Shown one piece after another: positions 12,681 to 24,031 of a DNA stretch of 64,000 nt. Source of the DNA: Azolla caroliniana. Lineage: Eukaryota > Plantae > Polypodiophyta. Position numbers and translations under genes: made by a program. Location: contig JBHGNT010000017.1 in the NCBI GenBank assembly GCA_043228905.1, positions 18,538,001-18,602,000 of the forward strand, read 5' to 3'. Each line of letters begins with the position of its first letter. The stretch's first letter is position 1. A model generated the notes under the pieces. It was given only the letters and a program-made list of their open reading frames with translations. It ran no database searches and was not told the origin of the DNA.

Positions 12681-14225
12681 CAAGATTATAGTTGGCTGGC
12701 CGGCAAGTGCCAACTTGCTGACACCAACTCACACAACGCACACAACAACAACAGATGGAGCCTCTGCCGGAAGCACTCGGCCTTTCCACAAAGTAGAGGC
12801 AACCTCCCAAACCCTGCAGAAAACGATGAAAGACTGAGGAGAAGAGCTTGGTTCCAGTCCGACAGCACTTAGTCCTCGACAAAAGCGATCCCTTCTCTGT
12901 CTTCTTCCTTTCCCTTTTATAGGCCGCTGGGAGGGACCATTACACCCTCGTCAATCACATCACCTTTATTCTCTGTCCCTTCGGACAGAGATACGCATCG
13001 ATCCCCCCCAGATAATAAATCTTTCCTACCTAGTATGTTTACATCAGCCGTCCTATCCCCAATTATGTACCCCTCATCAATACTTGTGCCCTCGTGTAAG
13101 GGCTGGTTCACGGTCTCTATTCACCGATTCCTCCTAAGGACGGTTTTCTCAACGACATCCACCACCACCTAACCGCGCATCCACTGGTATGCGCTAGAAT
13201 TGACCTTTGCCGGACAAGACCGTCTCGCGCTTATCTTACGATCTTCGGATCGTCATCCGTTCCGAACGCGTTGCCGTCGCTATCCATGTCCTCTAGGTCC
13301 AGTTCGTCTGCGTGCCGCTTCTTGAACGCCTTGATCCTCTTCCCGGCCACCGGCATAGTTATTCTCATTCTGTTGAGCTCCGCGAGATGGTAGGTGTCGT
13401 TGTCAAAACCACCTCCTCACAAATTTCCGCATCGCCTTGTGTTGGTTGTCGAGGTTGCTGTCATAGACCAGAACCTAGTCACCTTCCTCGATTTTCTTCG
13501 GTCGTAGTCAGTGATTCCGGTTGAATCGTCCCTTGTTCTTTGTCCTTGCCGCTCGCAGCTTCGCCATTCCTCGTTCTACATCCTCTGATCTTTGCTCGAG
13601 CTGTCGAATTCGCGCCGCTAACAGCTCCTCCCGGCTCATCTCGACTTTGTAGTCCATCGTGGCCCATGAGGAGATCGTTCGCTCCATCGGCGTGATCGGC
13701 TTCTGTCCGTACATCAGCTCAACCCACATGAACCCAGTTACCGAACTATGCGTAGTTCGGTCCGCCCACAACGCGTAAGGTAGGAGTTGCGGCCAGTTCC
13801 CGACTTGGCCTCCACATGCCCGTACCAACGCCTTTACGATTGGTCGTGTCCGTGTTCCACCTTCCCGTTTGCCTTCTGATTGTATGCCGTGATGAGCGAG
13901 AGATTGACCCCTAACCAATCAAACAACTCTTCGGCCTCTTGTGCATCCAATTCTCGAACGTGGCCCATGTCCCCCGATGTCCGGCCCAAGGACTCTCGTG
14001 GTACGTCGTCAGCAATGCTTCCTGCTCCTCCTTCCTCGCCACTACCCGGAGTGGGATGCCATCTCGCTTCTTCGACTGCTTCCATATGCTTCCGTCTTGT
14101 AGGAAGAATTGGTATGCTTTCTTCCGGATCCGGTTAGCCTCTTCCTTTGTCCACGTCGCATCCGGCGTCATCATTTTGAGGAACCCACCGATCTGGAGCC
14201 ACTCCCTGTCGTACTTGCTCTCGTT
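12453..14225 (-). mobile_element. Gypsy family G 3' part: integrase plus 3' LTR (12453..13157)
   Basis: YHESPWAGHRG, YNQKANGKVEHGH, LPYALWADRTTHSSVTG. Purine-rich GGTGGTGGTGGA precedes TGTCGTTG at 13157; LTR ends TG...CA. Assignment to family G is by adjacency and similar composition. Confidence 0.8.
12615..12678. repeat. (TA)n microsatellite inside the LTR
   Basis: Perfect TA run. Confidence 0.98.
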
Positions 14226-17200
14226 GAACTTCTTATACCATTGGCACAGTGCTTGTTTTAGGCCATAGAGACTCTTTTTCAACCTACATACCAAATGTTC
14301 TTTCCCTTTCTCTTTAAAACCCTTCGGTTGTTCCATGTATATTTCCTCGTTTAGGTCACCATGTAAAAAAGCGGTTTTCACATCTAGATGTTCAAGTTCA
14401 AGGTTTAAACTAGCTACCAAACCTAACACAACTCGTATCGAACTTAATTTTACAACTGGCGAGAAAATTTCGTCAAAATCAATTCCTTTCTTTTGACCAT
14501 ATCCTTTCACCACCAAACAAGCTTTATATTTTATAAAGTTATCATCACCCCTTTTTAACTTTAACACCCATTTATTTTTCAATGCTTTCCTACCCTTAGG
14601 AAGTTCAACTAACTCAAATGTGTTATTCTTTTTCAAAGAATTAATTTCTTCATGCATGGCCTTTACCCAACTATCTTTATCTTTAAGAGTTTGCACATCA
14701 TGAAAACTTTCCGGTTCACCTTCATTAGTGAGTAAAACATATTCAGAACTAGGATACCTTGTGGATGATCGTCGTTCTCTAGTAGATCTCCTTAAAGGTT
14801 GATTTGCCACCTCTTGTAATGGAAGTTGCTCCCTCCGCTCAAGACCTATCTCTGGCAAAACAACATCATTTCTAGCATCATCTACAATCAACAGCTCACC
14901 AACATCCTCATGTTGCTCCTCTTGTTGTGAAGCACTCTCTTGTGTATCAGCATCCATCATAGGAATTGGATCAATATCTACTAGGTCACCATCTGAAGAG
15001 GTACTCGACCTTTCCGCCTTGTCAATGTCCTCAATGGTTTGGTCTTCGATGAACACTACATCACGACTCCTAATAAGCTTCTTTCCCACAGGATCGTAAC
15101 ACCTATAACCAAAATCATCTTGACCTTATCCAATAAAAATGCATTGTTTAGATTTAGCATCTAACTTCGATCTTTCATCCTTGGGTATATATACAAAACA
15201 CTTACACCCAAACACACATAAGTAATCATAAGAGATATCTTTACCATACCACACTCTATTTGGTACATCACCTTGCAATGCGGTAGTGGGAGATAGATTA
15301 ATTATATGTGCAACAGTATTCAAAGCCTCACCCCAAAATGATTTAGGTAACCTTGCATCTGAGTGTAAGCACCGAACTCTTTCAACTAAGGTTCTATTCA
15401 TTCTTTCGGCCAAACCATTTAATTGGGGAGTCTTAGGAGGGGTTCTTTGATGCTTGATACCTTGCTCTCGACAATACATATCAAAAGATCCACAGTATTT
15501 GCCACCATTATCGCTGCGAATACATTTCAGTTTCTTCCCTGTCTCTCTCTCAACAGAAACGTGAAACTCTTTAAAAACATCAAATACTTGATCTATTGAT
15601 TTCAACATTCGAACCCAAAGCTTCCTAGAATGATCATCAATGAAAGTAACAAAATAAAGTGCTCCACCCATTGACCTTACCTTCAAGGGTCCACACACAT
15701 CAGAATGCACTAGCTCAAGTATACCTTTTTGTCGAAGAGAAGAATGCTTAAAGGAAACCCTCTTAGCCTTCCCTGCCAAACAATGATCACATGTATCTAA
15801 CTTCACATCTTTTAAACCTGGTAGGACGTTCTTTTTAGCTAGAAAGTCAAGTCCCTTTTCATTAATATGGGACAATCTCTTATGCCACAATTTTGAAACA
15901 TCTTGATTTTCAACTGCATTGACAAAGTTAGTAGAGACAGAAGCTTGCAAAAGATATAAACCATTGTGACAACATTTATTAGCTTTCGCAACAATCAAAG
16001 AACCCTTACAGATTTTCCTCTTACCATTTTGAGACGCATGACTATAGCCCTCGTCATCTAATGTACTTGTGGAGATTAGATCCAACCTAATATTGGGCAC
16101 GTGTCATACTTGATGTAGAATCAACTTAAATCCAGTGTTGGTTTGCAAGCAAATGGTTCCTGTGCCGATTACCTTTGCGAATCCATCATTCCCCATCTTC
16201 ACAACACCATAGTCACCTGGAGTGTAAGATGAGAAAAAATCCCTTCTAGACGTAACATGGTGGGAGGCACCACTATCAAGAACCCAAGTGGTTTCATGGC
16301 TACTTATGTTAACTTCATTGTAACTTGTACATACAACAAGTAAATCATTAGAGGAAGTGACATTAACAGAATCAATATTGTCATTTACATTTTTCTTATC
16401 TTTCATGTAGTTCGACACTTTATTTTTCTTCTTCCATTTGAAACAATATTTCTTTATGTGACCTGTCTTACCACAAAAATGACAAACTAAATCTTTAAAT
16501 TTAGACTTTGACTTACTTCTACTTCTACCTTTGTTGTTTCAGCTATCACTCCTGTTTTGGCTTCTTTCTCTATTTTCAGCAACGAAGGCTTCCGGGTTTG
16601 ATGTTGCTCCTTGCATCCTTCGCCGCATTTCTTCATTTAGAATTCCACTCTTCACAGGTTCCATTGTCATACCTCCCTTAGGAGCTGCACTAGCTAGAGT
16701 AACCCTAAATGTTTCCCATGACTCGGGAAGAGTATTTAGCAACCATAAAGAAAGAACTTCTTCAAAGTTTATACCCATGCTAGACAATTGATCAAAACAT
16801 CCTTGAAATTCATTTAAATGATCTAAAACGGACTTATTTTCTTTATAAGTCAAATGCATCGCTTGTTTGAGTAAAAACAACTTATTGTTACCGGTTTTAG
16901 AAGCATATAGGGTTTCTAATTTATTCCACAAAGTCTTTGCATTTGTTTCATTCACAGCATGATTCAAGACATTATCTCCTACGCATTGACGAATGAAACC
17001 ACATACTTGTTCATTTTCAAAATTCCACTCCTCATCATTTTTCTTTTCGGGTTTAATCTTTGCAAATATAGGTAAATACATATTTTTAACAAAAAGCAAA
17101 TCTTTCATTTTTCCTTTCCATTTTTGATAGTTCGTGCCATTTAAAACAACCATTGTTGATGTGTTTCTCTCCATTTATAATCGAGCAAAAAAAAACACAA

Positions 17201-17984
17201 CCTCCACTCTGATACCACTTGATGAGGTATATACACGTAAGAGTGTAGTACGTGTCACGTTTTAGGCTCGATTATAATGAAAAAAGGAACACAAAAACAC
17301 ACAATGACACAATAAAGATTACACAAGATTTAACGTGGAAAAACCCTCAATGAGGGAAAAAACCACGGGACAAAAGTCCAAAACCAATCCACTATCACCA
17401 AAGAGATACAACACAAGTACAAATTCTACTTCTAGGTTTACTAGAAATAAGTAGAGATATGTAGCATAGTACTACAGACAAAGATGGTACAATAATCCAA
17501 AGGGATAAGACTATCTCTCAAGCATATAAGAGAGAAGAAGAGAGAATAAAACCCGGATAAGAACATCCACAAGTCGAAGTAGTAGCCGTGTAGATCTCAC
17601 GTTGAGTAGCGGAGATGGAAAGAAGATTGAGAGTAGATGAGTTGAGCACCAAGCTTCACCAAGCTTCACTATGCCTCTCTATGCTTCACTGTGCTTCACT
17701 CTCCTTCTTTGTTCTCACCTCTTCCCATATATATATATCTCTATTCCACCTTCTCTTCTCTTTGTCTCTCTCAAAACAAAAACGGTCGTTTTGTTTTGTT
17801 TTCCTCTTTATTATTATTATTTTTTCTTTTCTTTCTTTACTCACTAAAAAACGTAACTTACATTTACCCTTTTAAAGAAATAATGTAAGGGTAATAATTA
17901 CTAAAGAAACAAAACGTTTGTTTTGTTTTATATTACTATCTAATAATAATAATAAAGACAAAATAGTGACCGGATACATTAACA
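14226..17984 (-). mobile_element. Ty1/Copia (family D, Tnt1/Tork-like), 5' LTR to mid-RT, 3' end deleted
   Basis: LTR 17220..17984; tRNA-iMet PBS TGGTATCAGAG 17207-17217; gag ORF 16539..17174; knuckle CHFCGKTGHIKKYC; WVLDSGASHH; integrase ORF 15126..16100; RT up to QWYKKF. AT-rich, with few lesions. Confidence 0.93.
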
Positions 17985-18893
17985 CTATGCCGGCCGGATC
18001 TCGTAAACTTGGGTCCGATGCGACCCCTTTCATTCGTAACTCGCTGCCCTCCGGCAAGGGTGCTGCGACTGCCCTCACCTTCCAGTCCACAGTCTTGTAC
18101 TTCGTATGCACATGGGTCGTTCAATCACACTCGACCCTCTTCCCGAAGTCGTCGATGACTTTGTACATCATTTCCGAACTGACCGGAATCGTCCGATCTT
18201 CGTTGAGGCCTTCTTCAAACACCTTCTTTAATTCCCCCAAGGTGTCGACGAAAGAGACCGCCTCCACAGCTCCACCAATCTCATCGTCGGGGCCCACGAC
18301 TCCGCACGCCCTGAGACATCCCTCTGCCTGTTTCTTCTCCCTGCCACTAATGCCGATTATCGTACAGCCTCCATTGTTGGAGAACCAAAATTTCCTATCT
18401 ATAGTACAAGGTTTCCCTCCTATGGTACATGTGTGGGGTGCTTCTAGGGTGTCCGGACTATCACGGCCCCACGCCTTGATAGCCCTCTCTAAAAATCCCC
18501 TCAGCTTTCGCCGCTGAGGGTCTCACGGTTGCGCTCGTGGTTCGTCGCACTGTCAGAAATTGAACGGAGTGTCACCCATTTGGCTCTTCACGCGCGCGTA
18601 TGCCGAACCGTTATCCAACACCTTTGTCTCCATGCGTGTTGCCATAATGTACGGTTCTCCGAGTATCACTGGATGCGAGGATGTCTCCTGCACGAAGAAG
18701 TGTTGGTCAATCTCGACATCACCGATTTTCATCCGTACATTTGGGCAGGCCTTGTGTAGCTCCTCTGTGGCACGCATCGCCGCTCGTATTTTCCACCCGT
18801 GCTTGGTGTTGATTGGCCACTTGCCCTTCTTGTAGAAGTCCATAGACATCAGGTTCATCTCCGAACCGTCGTCTACCAGTGCCACCACCGGTT
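17985..18893 (-). mobile_element. Gypsy family G protease region
   Basis: PVVALVDDGSEMNLMS...VILGEPY, then TKYKTVDWKVRAVAAPLP. Copia D is inserted at DPAGI. Confidence 0.85.
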
Positions 18894-20316
18894 GAAGCAG
18901 AGCCTTCACGTAAAGTTTGTGATGAAGGAACTAGGACAGGCCCGACACATATTGGGCATGAGGATAGAGCGAAACCGGACGACCAAAACTCTCCAACTCT
19001 CAGAGTCCGAATACATCTGCAAGGTGTTGAAGTGCTTCAACATGGAGAATGTGAAGCCAGCACCAATACCGCTTCCATCAACGGACTATCGAACTATCGG
19101 ACAGAGACTCTCCTGCAACGGACAAGGAGAGCGAGCTTAATAGAAAGATACCCTATGCATTGGCAGTAGGAAGTATCACGTATGCAATGGTGGCGACCCG
19201 ACCCGACCTAGCCTATGTCATAGGGGTGGTTAGCCGGTACATGTCAAACCTAGGAAAGAAGCATTGGGAGGTCTTCAAGCACATCCTTAGGTATCTAAAA
19301 GGGACCCTAGATGCACAGTGAACTTTCGGACTGACAACCTCAGCCGAAGTCGAAGGTTGTACACCGATTCCGACTATGCCGAAAATGCAAATAACCGGAA
19401 ATCGACATCAGGCTACATCTTCTCCTATGGTGGCGGTGCAATATCATGGAGGTCGAAACTTCAAGAGTGCACGGCTCTATCTACCACGGAAGCCGAGTAC
19501 ATTGCAGCATCAGAAGAAGCGAAGGAAGCAATCTGGCTGCACCAACTAACTTCCGACTTCGGAACTGCAAACTGAATAGGCCGGCCATCTATTGTGACTC
19601 ACAAAGCGCAATACACCTCATCAACAATCCCGTCTACCATGCGAAGAAGCACATTGAGGTGCGGTATCATCATATCCGGGAGCTCGTGACCGAGAAGAAA
19701 TTCAAAGTCCGGAAGATCGACACCGAGGTGAACATCGCCGATTGCCTGATGAAGCCACTCCCAGATTAACGCTTCAGAACACCAAGGACGAAGATGGGGC
19801 TACGACAAGTGATCGAGCAGAAGAAAGCCGAACGAGGAGCAAAAGGTAAGATCTGATAGGAACAATAACAACACATCCTATACATCTACCGACTCGGCTA
19901 CATGTCGACCGACTTGTAACATATAAACTTAGATCAATTTTGTAATCTACGCTTACGAGGGAGATAACCCCAAATATTTGTGCATGCAAGAAAGAGTAGT
20001 CCTTTTACAAGGGAGTTTGTTGGCATAAAAGGCCGACTCCTTTCAAGTTGTATCCGTCTGAGTGTGAACTCGTTAATAAGTTAGGGCTTAGTATATAAGC
20101 GAACACCTAACATTGTAATGAGGTAGAGATGTTGATGTTGAGTGATGACAATAAGAGTATTGCATCTCTGAGCGAGAACGAAGTAATAAGAAGCTTTCCA
20201 TTAAAGCTCGATCGACTGTCTAAGTCTCGAATCACTGTATTTTCTGTGTGTTGTTTTGTGTGCGTAACCGAACAGGTCCATAAACGTTTTCCGCATACGT
20301 ACACATAGTTCCAACA
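18894..20316 (+). mobile_element. Copia family A 3' fragment: RT end, RNase H, 3' LTR 20018..20316
   Basis: MKELGQARHILGMRIE, YTDSDYA, STTEAEY, KHIEVRYHHIRE. The 3' UTR and LTR are homologous to 5900..6348. Confidence 0.92.
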
Positions 20317-20789
20317 GAGCTTGAGGGGGAGTGTTGAGCGGACAAGCTCAACCAGATCCGGATCGGCTGAACAAGCCAAAGCCGGATCGAAGTTCAGAAC
20401 GAAGAACCGGATCGGTATCTAGATGGTATCTAGAACTAAGAGCTGGATCGGATTCTAGCCGGTAGGCCATTAGAGGCCTGCAAATCTAATCTAGTACGTA
20501 GGCATATTTTTAGGAGTTAGAGTCAGTCGCTCGTATGATCATTGAAGTGCTTGTCAGTACTTTTTTCAATACTTTTTAAGGACTTGTATAAAAGTGCTCA
20601 CTGAGCACATTGTATGTATAGAGCATTATTATTTTGACTTGAGTTTATGCTATTCTGCTCTCTCTGTCTCGCCTATTAACTGTGTATTCTAAGCTTCCAT
20701 TAAACCTGTGTTTATTCTCTATTGCTATCCGGTGTAACTGGTTTTGTCAAAGCTTTCACATATTAACTTTCACACTTTTGCTATCAACA
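20317..20789 (+). repeat. PPT and 3' LTR of a Copia B-type element
   Basis: GAGCTTGAGGGGGAG followed by TGTTGAGCGGACAAGCTCAAC, as at 29364-29398 and 52603-52638. Ends ...ATCAACA. Confidence 0.8.
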
Positions 20790-23700
20790 TTGTTTGTTGC
20801 TCTGTATCATTGTCGGCCAAATTTAATTCCTCTATCACAGAAGCTTGTACACGCTGTGAGACTTGCATTTCCCTCTCCATGGCTTCCTGCTGCTCACATA
20901 ATTCCTTGAGAGTTTTATCATAGACTTGAACATCTACCTCCTTTCATCGTCTCTGAGATATGGGGTCATTATTTCGACAATGTCGACTTCAAACAAGGGA
21001 ATAATCTTGGGATTATCCTCAAAATATTGGTTTTCTTCCCCGTCATCTAATCCCTCCATCATATTAACAGCTTCAGCATACAAAAGCACACATTGTCGTG
21101 CTATGGTGACCTTTTCCTGAGTCGAAACTCGAATCTTTGCTTTGCCCTTCCGAAATGTCAAAATATTCCTCTACCAATTTTGTTTGATATTTGCAGTTCG
21201 AAGCCATAAACGGCCTAGTAATAGAGGGTAAGCTCATTGTGCCTCTGAATGAAGTACGACTACCAAATTCTGAAATGTATGGTTGCTAATGACAATATCA
21301 AGTTGTCGAATCAGCCCTAGTGGTCGGACCATGCTGGTATCTGCCATTCGTAGCTAGAAAGGACATGCTTCGCAGGTGGTGATGCCTAATCGATCATAGG
21401 TAATCTTGTTAATGACATTCACTCCTGATCCTCCATTGACTATGATGCCCGACAATTCTTGTCCTTGAATGATAACCTTAACTCTCGGACTCTGCTCGTC
21501 CATTATTATTGGTCCTTTGATTGGATCTTGGTAAAATTTACCGACTCCTTTGCGATCATGGTAGCCACCTATTCTGTGAATCGAGGAACTAATTTCAGCA
21601 ATCCTATCAATGGTAATTATATATGGCATTCTGCCAAGACTTTCCATGCTTCATCTTCTTCTAGTGTATCTGATGGGACTTCCTGTTGTGGACTTCCCAA
21701 TTTGTAGGATGTGACATTCAGGGCAGTACTCTCTTGCATCATCCTGGCGACATTGTTGTTGTTCGCCTCCTCGACTGATTCCTTTACTACTTTCCTAATT
21801 GCTTCCTGTATATCCCACTTTGATTGTTTAGCTTTACTCCGAGTGGTGATTTGTTGTACCTCAGCAGTGACCATGTTTACAGTCGGTGCCTTTCCTTTAT
21901 CTTTTGTCAGACATTGATTCACATAATGACCATCCTTTCTGCAAATATAGCAATTCGGCACTGACAACCCACTGGGTTCTCCATTTTCATACTATGATTG
22001 TTGAATATCGTGCAGCTCTGGGTCATCCCTAGCTCTAGAATTATATATTGAAATTGTAGGGATGCCTTAAGTCTTCTGTTATCATCCCTCCTTTCATTCT
22101 GAAATCGACAATTATGTGCTCAATTATCATCATTTCATTTGTTGTCATAGGACCTCTCCCATCATGATATCTATGACCCCTATAAGGTTGTCAATTATTT
22201 CTATCTTGCTGGGGTGAATATTCCCGATCATCGTTGTTCCAACTATCCCTTCGATACTCATCATACCGATACTCGTCTCGTCGATACCCATTGTATCAAT
22301 CATCGCAGCAATAATCATCTCGTCCATTGCGATCCGACCGGTAGAGATCATCATACCTTGGCCGATCTTCCTCCCAAACCCGGTGTACCGACCGATTCCG
22401 ATCCTCTTGATGGTCGTCTTACGGCTATATCTGTCGGACTGGTGCCGCGATTTTATTGAGCAGATTGTACTCGCATTGGTCGATCATATGCGCCTTGGAA
22501 TGACAAATCAGACAATGAGTGTGTAAAGTGCAGTAGATTGGAGAATGCCCCGAATTGAGACATGTCGTGCATTGGTTTCCTTGTCGGAACCTCAACTCTT
22601 CCGACGTCGGTAAAGATCAATGTAATGATGTCATTGACATACTGTTACTAGTCTCGGTCTTGTCCATTACCAGTGCTTTGTCGATTACCTGCTCATGTGA
22701 TTGATCCTTGAAATTGAACAGTACTAGCGTTGTTCGAAGCGGCTCTCGTAGTGCCGCCAATAAAGTTTCCTTGACATCCTCTTGGGGAAGAGGTCTTGCT
22801 AACTGCCGCCAAAGGTTTTGAACAGTTTCAGGTGCTTCTTGATAAACCGCATAATATTGTCTCATGAGTTCCCATCATCCACCTGATGTTGCGAGTAGCA
22901 ATTCGTCGACTGCCCATCGAGCAATAATCCAAATTCTACAATTTTAGATTTGTCGGCATTTGCTTCCGACAACCATTGTGATACATGATTCACTTGCCTT
23001 GTCGTGAGAAAAGCACGCACGTGTGCCTCGGTGTCAAATTCATCATTATACTTGGGGTAGGGATACAACATTGTATCCTCCTCACAAAGGTCAACTAAGT
23101 ATCTTTGGTCGGATTGCTCCTTGTCTAAACTACTATCAGTTGTTAAATCGGGAAGTGCTCTCAATTCCCCTTCAGCTTCTTGCTGGATTTGCTCGGTAAA
23201 CTCCAAATTGTTGGAATTACCTTCCTTTGCACGTCGGTTCTCCGATCTCGTGCAAGGTCTTTTGATTTTTGCAGGCTGGTCTGTGCTGAGTCTACTAGAC
23301 AACATCCATTCTCCTTGTTCTCTGAGTATAGCAAATGTAACCGGGTGTGCCAAAATATTGTGTTAACCTGCGAACAGTCAACAGTTGTAACCGATAGACA
23401 CAATAGGTCGAACGTTCTGTCAAGAAGATTGTGGTGGAGAGATGGCTAGTCAACAATAATTCTGCACTTTGAGAATAGTTGCACAGAGATTAGTTATTAA
23501 TATTAGACATATGCTCTTGATTGACTATGGGATATAATATACTATGTGCAGCAGAGGCTGAATTCGAACATGGGACAGATAGAGAAATACACAGAGTAGT
23601 GGACACAGCAAATACTCTAATTACCAAATCTTGATATTAATCTAAATAGACCGATATTGTTACAATGCTCTCGGTCCCTTTTTATAGGTGACCTGAGAGT

Positions 23701-23950
23701 CTCTCTCCAAGATTTACACTTCCCTTGTTCGGCAAGAACCTATAGTTATACAAAACCGTTCTATTCCCTAGTATTAGTCTAATTTTTATACAAGGCAAAG
23801 CTACATCACATTCCGACTCATGTTCATACTCTTCGACTTCGACTCCTACTCCTTTTCACATTCGTCCGACTCTGGCCATTCAACTCCGGGTAGCCGACCG
23901 ACTAACAATGAACTAGATTGATTTACCTAAGAGAATATCTCGATGGATTG
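20790..23950 (-). mobile_element. Decayed Gypsy (family E): gag, zinc knuckle, protease, probable 5' LTR
   Basis: YPYPKYNDEFDTEAHVRAFL, CYICRKDGHYVNQC, IIVNGGSGVNVI. Non-coding LTR-like DNA with a minus-strand TATA at ~23680. LTR ends not resolved. Confidence 0.75.
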
Positions 23951-24031
23951 TCATGATATTGGAGTCAACTTATGAAACTTATTATGGCTATTGAGTTTTT
24001 CTATTGAGTGTCATGAGTCCACAAGTCGTAA

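Noticed and set aside
12217-12882. ORFs with YIYIYI, CVCV or ERER runs (also 8892, 30375-30658, 44343-44742)
   Set aside because: Translations of microsatellites.
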